From Candidatus Cloacimonadota bacterium (lineage in GTDB: Bacteria > Cloacimonadota > Cloacimonadia > Cloacimonadales > Cloacimonadaceae), in contig JALNWR010000001.1 in assembly GCA_023230795.1 (NCBI GenBank), positions 1-32,909 on the forward strand: 32,909 bases of DNA. The letters are read 5' to 3'. The notes under the pieces were generated by a model. That model searched no databases. It was not told the origin of the DNA and saw nothing but the letters and a program-made list of their open reading frames with translations. This document shows, piece by piece, positions 19,789 through 26,746 of this stretch. The position numbers were made by a program, and so were the translations under genes. Every line of letters begins with the position of its first letter. The first letter of the stretch is position 1.

Positions 19789-20839
19789 TTTTACTCCACT
19801 TGGGCACGACCATTCCCTTCCTTGTAGTCTGTGTGATCGTATTTGTAACATCCCGGATCAGAGGTATCAGCTTTCGATACTCGGCCCGGAGCGGGGTGAG
19901 CACACCCAAATAACCGGGTATGCCAAAAACTTCATATTTACCGTATATTAAGGCAAAATCATGCCATTTGGGATCGATAAAATCCTCTCCCATCAATATG
20001 GTTACATCACCTTCATCGTTTCTGCGCATCGAATTCAGCAGTACATCCTGCCGCTGTATCATATTCATGAAGTTCAGGATCGCTTCCTTGGAATCAAATT
20101 CAGGCTGCTCCAAAAACTTGATGCTGCCGTCATAGTGAATAAAGAAATCGCTGATCTCAATAAAAGCCTTGTGCAGTTCTGACAGAAAGTTACTTAAGAG
20201 ATCACTTTCATTTTCTCTGCGCTCTCTCATCTCTACCAATACTTTATTCGATATCTCATATACCCTCTGCCCCACCAATTCATCGTTAAGATAACGCACC
20301 AGCTTTTTCAGCTGAACTTCATTGATCTCATAGTCACACTTCATGATCACGGTCTTGTCCAAACCGCTATCCAGACTCATCAGAAACAGCAGCTTTTGCT
20401 CTTCTATGGCAAATACTTCCAAGCGGGAAAGATATCCGCTGGATACCTCCGGCTCGGCCACAAAAGATAACTGGTCTGTTTCATGAGCCAGCATCTGCAT
20501 GATGTAGTGCAGGGCCCGCGGCGTATCTTTGTAGTTTCGCACCAATAGCTCCCGCAGGGTGTCCATACGCTCATACCGAACGTTTTTGTGCTCCGGTGCT
20601 ATGTGTTCCAGATATCTGCGGTAGCCGGATATGGTGGGAATCCGCCCCGCTGAAGTATGAGGCTGGGAGATCAAATTCTGCTTCTCCAGCTTCAGTAAAT
20701 CCAGCCTCAAAGTGGCTGAGGATATATCCGTCATATACTTTTCGTTCAAAATCCGCGAGGATACCGGCTCACAATTCAGGATATACTCATCCACCAATGC
20801 TCCCAGAGTGTGGAACAATCGTGCTATGTTCTTCTTCAT
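19781..20839 (-). CDS. hrcA: Heat-inducible transcription repressor HrcA
   Basis: The likely start is MKKNIARLF at 20839. The upstream extension in the track would read through the CIRCE operator. Signature ISQPHTSAGRIPT is present. Confidence 0.9.
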   Translation of the reverse strand: MKKNIARLFHTLGALVDEYILNCEPVSSRILNEKYMTDISSATLRLDLLKLEKQNLISQPHTSAGRIPTISGYRRYLEHIAPEHKNVRYERMDTLRELLVRNYKDTPRALHYIMQMLAHETDQLSFVAEPEVSSGYLSRLEVFAIEEQKLLFLMSLDSGLDKTVIMKCDYEINEVQLKKLVRYLNDELVGQRVYEISNKVLVEMRERRENESDLLSNFLSELHKAFIEISDFFIHYDGSIKFLEQPEFDSKEAILNFMNMIQRQDVLLNSMRRNDEGDVTILMGEDFIDPKWHDFALIYGKYEVFGIPGYLGVLTPLRAEYRKLIPLIRDVTNTITQTTRKGMVVPKWSKNE

Positions 20840-20862
20840 GCTTACCGCCTCGTTATTTATTA

Positions 20863-20889
20863 TTAGCAGTCCACCTTGTAAACTGCTAA
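20863..20889 (-). promoter_or_regulatory. CIRCE-like HrcA operator (variant core)
   Basis: TTAGCAGTC-N9-AACTGCTAA has 8/9 complementary arms and a 9-nt spacer, against the canonical TTAGCACTC-N9-GAGTGCTAA. It sits between the -10 box and the hrcA ATG. Confidence 0.75.
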
Positions 20890-20897
20890 TTAGTGAC

Positions 20898-20925
20898 AAT
20901 CTAATCAAGACGGCATAATTGTCAA
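20898..20925 (-). promoter_or_regulatory. Candidate sigma70 promoter of the hrcA-grpE-dnaK operon
   Basis: On the minus strand: TTGACA (20925-20920), a 16-nt spacer, then TAGATT (20903-20898). The CIRCE operator begins 9 nt downstream of the -10 box. Confidence 0.55.
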
Positions 20926-20945
20926 TCAAAAAGTGAGACTGCTAA
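20919..20945 (-). promoter_or_regulatory. Second, degenerate CIRCE-like element overlapping the -35 box
   Basis: TTGTCAATC-N9-GACTGCTAA. The right arm is the exact complement of the left arm of the main CIRCE. The left arm matches at 6/9, and the spacer is exactly 9 nt. Confidence 0.4.
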
Positions 20946-21007
20946 GTTTTGGCGATAAGAGCATAGGCAAATTTGAATGTAAAGAGTCACCCCAAACTGC
21001 AAATGGG

Positions 21008-21087
21008 CGTCGGTGTGACAAGTGGGGATAAGGCTTTGATTGGTGGCAAGTTATAGCGGACTGGATTTAGACTGTGTCACAGCGACG
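21008..21087. repeat. Left-end pair of the 13-nt motif TGTCACA(C/G)CGACG in opposite orientations
   Basis: 21008-21020 reads CGTCGGTGTGACA (reverse orientation). 21075-21087 reads TGTCACAGCGACG (forward), and is identical 13/13 to 22368-22380. Confidence 0.7.
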
Positions 21088-21090
21088 TTT

Positions 21091-21110
21091 GGACTTTTTT
21101 GGACTTTTTT
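21091..21110 (+). repeat. Tandem 10-bp repeat GGACTTTTTT x2 (helically phased T6 tracts)
   Basis: Two exact adjacent copies lie 3 nt after the forward end motif. Related TTTGGACT and GGACTGG words occur at 21058-21064 and 21140-21149. Confidence 0.6.
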
Positions 21111-21186
21111 GATCACCGTTTCTGCAAATATGCGCTGATTTTGGACTGGTTTCGGATATTCCTGTATTACAACAGTTTATCGCATT

Positions 21187-21915
21187 TCAGCAAAGCTGCA
21201 GGTGGACAGCGAGTGTGCCGATCAGAAAAACGTCACTGGTCTGATCTCCGTCCAATATAAGAGAATTAAAGTCTGAATTGAGAGGGTCGAGTACCAGTGC
21301 AGCCCTTTTGTGATCTAACTTCACCTGCTTAAGAGTGATGCCTCCATCCACCTGCACAGCACAGATCTTACCATTGGCAGTATCCCAGTCTATCGTCTTG
21401 TAGATCAGGACTATATCTGCATTCTTGATCTGCGGAGCCATGCTATCGCCATTAACCAAGAAGGCCATGTAATTGGATGCACCTCTGGGAATGTAACTAT
21501 CTGGTATTTCAATCTGTTTACGGGAATCACGATCATCGACTGCTTCCATAGGGGGTCCGGCGGAAATTTCCGCCAAGATCGGGAAAACTGCAGAGCGAAT
21601 GTAAGTATCTCCAAATTCATCAATTAATAGCTGTCTACCACCCACGATCTGATATCGCTGGTTACGTCTGATGGCAGTGTCTTGCTCCCAGGGACCCGGG
21701 ATCATCATCGGACCTTCACCCTTCAAAACCCAGTTGATGTTCACCTTTTCGTCTGCCATTTTGAGGAGAAAATCGGGGTCGGGAAGACGCTCGTTGGTCT
21801 TGTATCTGATCACTGAGTTCTTTGAAACACTAAATTTTTCCGCAAACTCCCACTGCTTCAAGTTCATTGATTTCATAAGGGTTTGGATGCGATCGCCGAT
21901 CGTCATAATATTCAT
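21187..21915 (-). CDS. Phage repressor: XRE-type HTH plus S24 (LexA/CI-like) autopeptidase domain
   Basis: 242 aa. N-terminal HTH is LKQWEFAEKFSVSKNSVIRYKTNER. The cleavage-site-like region is AEISAGPPMEA. Ser and Lys dyad motifs are LVNGDSMAP and ITLKQVKL. It is transcribed divergently from the transposition genes. Confidence 0.85.
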   Translation of the reverse strand: MNIMTIGDRIQTLMKSMNLKQWEFAEKFSVSKNSVIRYKTNERLPDPDFLLKMADEKVNINWVLKGEGPMMIPGPWEQDTAIRRNQRYQIVGGRQLLIDEFGDTYIRSAVFPILAEISAGPPMEAVDDRDSRKQIEIPDSYIPRGASNYMAFLVNGDSMAPQIKNADIVLIYKTIDWDTANGKICAVQVDGGITLKQVKLDHKRAALVLDPLNSDFNSLILDGDQTSDVFLIGTLAVHLQLC

Positions 21916-21943
21916 TCTATCCCCCTTAGGGCGTAATTTCTCA

Positions 21944-21972
21944 TTGACAATAACCGTATGGGTATCATTATG
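21944..21972 (+). promoter_or_regulatory. Candidate rightward early promoter
   Basis: TTGACA (21944-21949), then a 16-17 nt spacer, then CATTAT/ATTATG (21966-21972). It lies 29 nt from the repressor start codon, on the opposite strand. Confidence 0.3.
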
Positions 21973-22201
21973 TATCTGTGCACAACGCTAAATAACCACG
22001 GCGTTATGTCAAGACTAAAAATTCATAGTGTGATTTGGCGGCGGATTTTTCCGCCAGTGTTCAGAAAAAAAACCAAGTTCCTGTTTTCGCAGAAAGGACT
22101 TCCCAAGTTGTTGCTATTGCGTGCAGTAGCACCCATATACAAAATGAGGGAGGCGCTTATGAAAGCGACTACTTACGAGCATGGCAAGAAGGTGGAGAAA
22201 A

Positions 22202-22380
22202 TGTCACAGTGTGACAAAAAACTCGCGGTGACCAGTGTCACACCGAAGCCCAAACGGGAATCACAGCAGTTAAAGCTAATAACGAGAACGGTTTTAAGGC
22301 ATGTCACACCGAGCGTCGGTGTGACAAACAGGAAAAGGCTCGGTGTGACACGCAGACCGGACAGATTTGTCACAGCGACG
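22202..22380. repeat. Cluster of 7 copies or half-copies of the TGTCACA(C/G)CGA motif (candidate operator/enhancer)
   Basis: 22202-22216 is TGTCACA-G-TGTGACA. 22236-22248 is TGTCACACCGAAG. 22302-22326 is TGTCACACCGA-GCG-TCGGTGTGACA, with perfect 11-bp inverted arms. 22338-22350 is GCTCGGTGTGACA. 22368-22380 is TGTCACAGCGACG. A further copy lies at 22635-22648 (TGTCACACCGAGCG). Confidence 0.75.
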
Positions 22381-22416
22381 GTTAATCAGAGTGGAATCTA
22401 TATAGCGAGACTTAGA

Positions 22417-22761
22417 ATGAGCAATGAGATGATTAAGGCAATCTGGCTCACCATTGAAAGGGTGGCTGAACTCAAGAGCTGTTCGAACCGGACAGTCTGG
22501 AGATACATAACCGGGCAGCGAATGCTAACTCACAAGCAGTTGGTCAGGTCCGGGCAGCGCAATGTAAGCAAAACCTTCGTGCTGACTAACCCGGAGATCT
22601 ACGATATGGAGATCAATGACTGTGAGGCACGCAGTGTCACACCGAGCGAGTATCTGGAAGCGCAGATCGAAGTGGATGGCAGGATAATTACCGGAGCCCT
22701 GATCTATGGGTATGCTTCGGTGGATCAAGTGCAATTGGGAGGATCGGATGAGCTTCTATAA
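22417..22761 (+). CDS. Small HTH DNA-binding protein in the Ner/early-regulator position; start uncertain
   Basis: MSNEMIKAIWLTIERVAELKSCSNRTVWRYITG is an HTH. The gene lies directly upstream of the transposase and overlaps it by 14 nt. The same frame is open back to an ATG at 22159, which has a strong GAGGGAGG Shine-Dalgarno sequence, and to 21958. Confidence 0.45.
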   Translation: MSNEMIKAIWLTIERVAELKSCSNRTVWRYITGQRMLTHKQLVRSGQRNVSKTFVLTNPEIYDMEINDCEARSVTPSEYLEAQIEVDGRIITGALIYGYASVDQVQLGGSDELL

Positions 22762-24808
22762 AGCAAGCAGTTCGGAATACGCAGAATTCTATCATAGCTA
22801 CGTGGTAACAGGCAGCAAGCAGACCATCACTCCCGTGCAGTTCACGATCACCAGCCCGGAGGGTACTGTAATTGATAAGAGTTCTGATAATGATCATGAG
22901 AGCGGGAGCAGTATCGATAAACCTGTTCCAGTCTGCGGACCACGCTATCTGGAGCGCAATCCAGATGACTATATCGATCTTACTCCTCCTGAGTATATCC
23001 CCTATAAGTATGAAAATGAAGCAAAGCTCTATGGTCAGTTCTGCTCGACTGTCCTTTACCGCCTGGAGCAATGCAGTTCCCGGACTGAAGAGTGGAAACA
23101 GATAACAGAGGATTACAACCACAGGACACTCATCCCTGATTTGTATAAAGCTGTCGGGAGCCGTAGTGAACGCTCTCTAAGAGTCTGGCTGGAACGTTAT
23201 CTGGCAAACAATCATGATATGTACTCACTGCTGCATAAGGGCAAGAATCAGAGCAGGGGACGCAAAGTCACCTTTATAGAACAGAACTATCTACTCAATC
23301 TGCTGCTGAATCCCAACAACATCAAAATCTCCACTGCGGTGGGAAGTTTGAAGGATGCAGCCCGCAGGGATCTCTTGGTATCGCCCTCAAGTGAACCAAC
23401 GCTACGCAGATGGAGCAAGGACTGGGAAGCCAATAACCAGGCGATCTGGGTACAAGCAAGAAAGGGCAGCAAAGCGGTAGCGGAGACCATCGTCAAGACG
23501 ATCATCCGTGATGCCAGTCTCCTGAATGTAGGAGATGTCTGGGTAGCAGATGGTCATAACCTCGCCTTCGATATTATGAATCCTAAGACCGGCAAAGCCC
23601 AACGCATGACTATGATCATGGTCTTCGACTGGGCAAGCAGATATCCGGTAGGTGCCTCACTTGCCTTTACCGAGGACAGCCATCATATCCAGGTAGCCTT
23701 CAGGAATGGCTTCCTCAACTGGGGTGCCTTACCAGAAACAGTATATCTGGATAACGGCAAGGCTTTCAAGAGCAAGCTGTTCCATGAGGGCTGGGAAGAT
23801 CATGATCTGGAGCAGGAACTCTGTGGTATCTTCCCCCGACTGGGGATCAAGGCGGTGTTCGCCAAGAGCTATAATGCCAAAGCAAAAGTGATTGAGCGGT
23901 TCTTTAGGACCTTCCAGGATCAGTTTGAACGGTTCATCTCTTCCTTCCGGGGCTCATCCATAGCAGATAAACCCTCGACCTTGATGCGCAACGAAAAGTG
24001 GGCAAAGAAGCTGTTCGAGGCGCACCCTCCCACAATTGAGGAGACGATGCAGATGATCGCATACTACATAAGACACATCTATGGTGAGCATCCCCACTCC
24101 GGGTTAAACGGCAAGACTCCCTGGCAGGTATTCAGTTCATCAAAGCTACCCGAAGATCGCATCATCGAAGCTGGCAAGCTCAACAACATGCTGCTCAGCG
24201 CAGAGCGTAAACGCATCCGTAATAATGGCATCCGGCTCGATAAGCTGCTCTACTGGAATGTTGAACTGATGAACCACATCGGCAAAGACGTGATCATCCG
24301 TTACGATCTGGGAGATGCCAGATGGATACTGGTCTATGATACCAATGACAAATACCTCTGCCAGGCAGAGTTGCGCCGTACCCAGCATCCGATGGTGCAA
24401 CTGGCTGATGATGAAGCCACCTCATTTAAGGAACTCAAGAAAGAATACACCGAGATCAAAAAGCTGCAGAGGCGCACTGAACAACGCACCAGGATGGTGG
24501 TGAAGCAAGCGCAAATAGCAGTCGACAGGTTAACTCCTCCGCTTAAGTCCAGAATCCTTGAAGCCAATCCCATCTTCAAGCAGCCTGCCATGATCGAAGC
24601 TCCCAAACCCAGCAGAGATGAAGCCATCCATGCGATGGAGAAGCAGATCGTTAAGCATCTGCCTGAACTTGATCCGATCAATACTGAGATCAGCAACCCA
24701 ATAGCAATCACCCCGGAACACTCGATTGTGAATCCGGCAGCTCAAACACCCAATACCGCATCCGATAAGAGCTTTCAGGATATGCTCAAGCGGGTGGGGA
24801 TCAGATAA
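22748..24808 (+). CDS. DDE transposase, MuA-like (rve catalytic core plus Mu-transposase C-terminal barrel)
   Basis: The likely start MSFYKA at 22748 is preceded by GGGAGGA. The DDE triad candidates are VWVADGHNLAFDI, VYLDNGKAFKS and AKVIERFFRTF. The downstream segment IRLDKLLYWNVELMNHIGKDVIIRYDLGDARWILVYD resembles the Mu transposase domain III barrel. Confidence 0.88.
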   Translation: MSFYKASSSEYAEFYHSYVVTGSKQTITPVQFTITSPEGTVIDKSSDNDHESGSSIDKPVPVCGPRYLERNPDDYIDLTPPEYIPYKYENEAKLYGQFCSTVLYRLEQCSSRTEEWKQITEDYNHRTLIPDLYKAVGSRSERSLRVWLERYLANNHDMYSLLHKGKNQSRGRKVTFIEQNYLLNLLLNPNNIKISTAVGSLKDAARRDLLVSPSSEPTLRRWSKDWEANNQAIWVQARKGSKAVAETIVKTIIRDASLLNVGDVWVADGHNLAFDIMNPKTGKAQRMTMIMVFDWASRYPVGASLAFTEDSHHIQVAFRNGFLNWGALPETVYLDNGKAFKSKLFHEGWEDHDLEQELCGIFPRLGIKAVFAKSYNAKAKVIERFFRTFQDQFERFISSFRGSSIADKPSTLMRNEKWAKKLFEAHPPTIEETMQMIAYYIRHIYGEHPHSGLNGKTPWQVFSSSKLPEDRIIEAGKLNNMLLSAERKRIRNNGIRLDKLLYWNVELMNHIGKDVIIRYDLGDARWILVYDTNDKYLCQAELRRTQHPMVQLADDEATSFKELKKEYTEIKKLQRRTEQRTRMVVKQAQIAVDRLTPPLKSRILEANPIFKQPAMIEAPKPSRDEAIHAMEKQIVKHLPELDPINTEISNPIAITPEHSIVNPAAQTPNTASDKSFQDMLKRVGIR

Positions 24809-24820
24809 AGGAGGAGAACC

Positions 24821-25537
24821 GTGAAACAGAACAAACTGGTAGCAATCCGAAATGTACTGGAAGCCGATGCCTGCATCCGCTTCCTGCTTAACAGACCGAA
24901 GATGGAGATGGTGGGACTGGGCATGCTGTATGGCTGTCCCGGACTCGGCAAGAGCACCTATGCGCAAAGGATGGCGTTTCAGCGAGGCTACATTTACCTG
25001 CGGCTGGAATCCACCACTACCCCCAAAGCCTTTATGATGGCATTGTTAACCGCACTATACACAAAGTTCAGGATGGGTCCGGTTATTCCCTGCGGCACTG
25101 CCAATAATCTACTCAAGCTTATCCTGCGTACCCTGGAAGATCATAAGGACACGGTAATCGTAATTGATGAGATCGATTACGCCTTTGGGCATGAGAAACT
25201 CTTAGGTGCGATCCGGGACATCGTTGACGAGACTTTGACGGTGATCATCCTGGTGGGAATGCAGAATGCCAGGGATAGGCTCTCACAGGTCAATGCCCAC
25301 TACTTTGACCGATGCAATTACTTTTATGAGTTCCAATATATATCCAGACAGGATATCGCCATGGTAGCTCGGGAAGTAATGGATGTGGAAGTCACAGAAG
25401 AGGTTATCGAGAAGATCGATTTCAATAACGGTGGCAACATGCGTAAAGCCATGAAGGTGATGTACATCATCGAGACAGAGCAAATGAAGCAACCCGATAT
25501 CGAAATATCCGCAATTGATTTGAGTACAGCCTTATGA
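24821..25537 (+). CDS. AAA+ ATPase, MuB/TniB-like transposition partner
   Basis: GTG start after AGGAGGAG. Walker A is YGCPGLGKST and Walker B is VIVIDEIDY. It lies immediately downstream of the transposase. Confidence 0.78.
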   Translation: MKQNKLVAIRNVLEADACIRFLLNRPKMEMVGLGMLYGCPGLGKSTYAQRMAFQRGYIYLRLESTTTPKAFMMALLTALYTKFRMGPVIPCGTANNLLKLILRTLEDHKDTVIVIDEIDYAFGHEKLLGAIRDIVDETLTVIILVGMQNARDRLSQVNAHYFDRCNYFYEFQYISRQDIAMVAREVMDVEVTEEVIEKIDFNNGGNMRKAMKVMYIIETEQMKQPDIEISAIDLSTAL

Positions 25538-26226
25538 GCCCAAGTGAACTGATCCGGAACTTCGTCAATCTGTATAATCATCCCTTTACAGCAGAATTGG
25601 CAGCGGAGATGACAGCTCAAGAAATCAGCTTGGTGCTGCCGATCTTGGAGCAACTCCATAGTGATCAGACTATCAAGCTGATCTCCCCAGAGGACGGCAT
25701 CTATGTGCGTAACAACCGCTATAATCCAGTAGTAGGGTATAACAAAAAAGGGGACTGGAGATTCGATCAGGTTGCAGCAAGTGCTCTCCTTGATCTGATC
25801 GATCAGGGTCAGTTCAAGTCGATCCGAGCCATCGCAAATGCCTTTGGTCGGAGTCGCCAGTGGGTATTCGTTTATATGGAAGCGATGGCATCAATCGGCA
25901 TAATTAGTATGTCGGGAAACACTTATAAACTGAGATCGAGAGCCAATCTACAAGACCTCGGAATGAGTGTAGAGTCGGGTATTCTATCCAGAATGCGAAA
26001 CACTCAAAGTGAATTACAGAAACGCATTGTAGAGGAAAGGAAAGAGAAAAGACGGCAGATCCGTAACCAAAAGAAAGCTGAACAGGAAACCCGGGAGATG
26101 GAGTTTCAACAAGAGAAAGCAAAGAAAGAAGCGTTCATCCAAGCCTGGAACGATTATCTGAAGTCTGGTTGGATCAGTGACCATGACTTTCAAGCATACT
26201 TAAGAAGCCGTAACAATAACCAATAG
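25534..26226 (+). CDS. Hypothetical early protein (two winged-helix-like segments plus K/E-rich coiled-coil tail)
   Basis: 230 aa with an ATGA overlap to the upstream gene. No family was recognised. The C-terminal charged stretch is RIVEERKEKRRQIRNQKKAEQETREMEFQQEKAKKE. Confidence 0.55.
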   Translation: MSPSELIRNFVNLYNHPFTAELAAEMTAQEISLVLPILEQLHSDQTIKLISPEDGIYVRNNRYNPVVGYNKKGDWRFDQVAASALLDLIDQGQFKSIRAIANAFGRSRQWVFVYMEAMASIGIISMSGNTYKLRSRANLQDLGMSVESGILSRMRNTQSELQKRIVEERKEKRRQIRNQKKAEQETREMEFQQEKAKKEAFIQAWNDYLKSGWISDHDFQAYLRSRNNNQ

Positions 26227-26245
26227 CTGATTTAGGAGACATTCT

Positions 26246-26746
26246 ATGGAACAGGAACTACGGGAACGACAACTACGGCAACAAATCCATGCCCTCCGGG
26301 TCAAGAAGTTCCACTGGCCCCCGGATGGATTCAAGTTCATCATGAATGGTCTTGGTTTTGGTGAATCGCTCTCGGTACTGCCGGAAGAGCGTCTCCTTGA
26401 GCTGAAGTCAATCATGATCAGTTATCGGAAGCATGGGCGTCCCTATGAATTCACCTACGATAAGCAGGGCAAATACATGTTCTCACTCATGAAACAAGCC
26501 GCTTGGACTGATCCCGATCTCAGGGCATTCATGATCATTCATTACAAAAAGAGCCACTGGAATCTACTCAGCAAACCGGAACGCAGAGCTATTATCGCCA
26601 TGCTTCAGAACTATATCAAGAAGCAGGCATCACAACACGAAAATGATAATTTAACAGATAGAACAGAAAATCATCCTAAGGAGAACTCTAATGGAAAATC
26701 AAACCACACCCAAAGCGAAAACGACAGCAGAACGCACCAAGATTGA
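26246..26746 (+). CDS. Hypothetical early protein; weak resemblance to Mu GemA/gp16 (DUF1018)
   Basis: 166 aa with AGGAGA 6 nt upstream. Repeated helical segments (...GESLSVLPEERLLELKSIM... and ...LLSKPERRAIIAMLQNY) recall DUF1018. This is an unverified impression. Confidence 0.45.
   Translation: MEQELRERQLRQQIHALRVKKFHWPPDGFKFIMNGLGFGESLSVLPEERLLELKSIMISYRKHGRPYEFTYDKQGKYMFSLMKQAAWTDPDLRAFMIIHYKKSHWNLLSKPERRAIIAMLQNYIKKQASQHENDNLTDRTENHPKENSNGKSNHTQSENDSRTHQD

Noticed and set aside
20840-20929. N-terminal extensions of hrcA (to 20929) and grpE (19789-19851) in the ORF track
   Set aside because: The hrcA extension would translate the CIRCE operator and the promoter. Both proteins align naturally from the internal Mets (MKKNIARLF and MSKKQQK).
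22036-22056. Hairpin TGGCGG-N9-CCGCCA followed by an A8 run in the early leader
   Set aside because: It has only a 6-bp stem, no T-run follows it on the + strand, and the flanks do not fit on the minus strand either. It does not look like a terminator and may simply be leader structure.
21958-22158. First 67 codons of the 267-aa ORF 21958-22761
   Set aside because: This stretch starts inside the candidate early promoter, has no ribosome-binding site, and its translation is hydrophobic or low-complexity. Only the part from 22159 or 22417 is considered possibly coding.
22202-22380. Possibility that the repeat cluster is a small CRISPR array
   Set aside because: The repeats are 13 nt long, occur in both orientations, and have irregular spacings of about 8-40 nt. 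No cas genes are present in the window. The pattern fits protein-binding sites, not a CRISPR array.
22688-23122. 144-aa minus-strand ORF, plus 24334-24711(-) and 24530-24967(-)
   Set aside because: They are antisense to the transposase and MuB-like genes and have no motifs or ribosome-binding sites.
22748-26226. Tn7-like or CRISPR-associated transposon (TnsB/TnsC/TniQ) interpretation of the DDE plus AAA+ pair
   Set aside because: No TniQ-like zinc-ribbon protein, TnsA, cas gene or array is present. The flanking repressor, DUF3164-like, terminase and MuF genes point to a Mu-type phage lineage.
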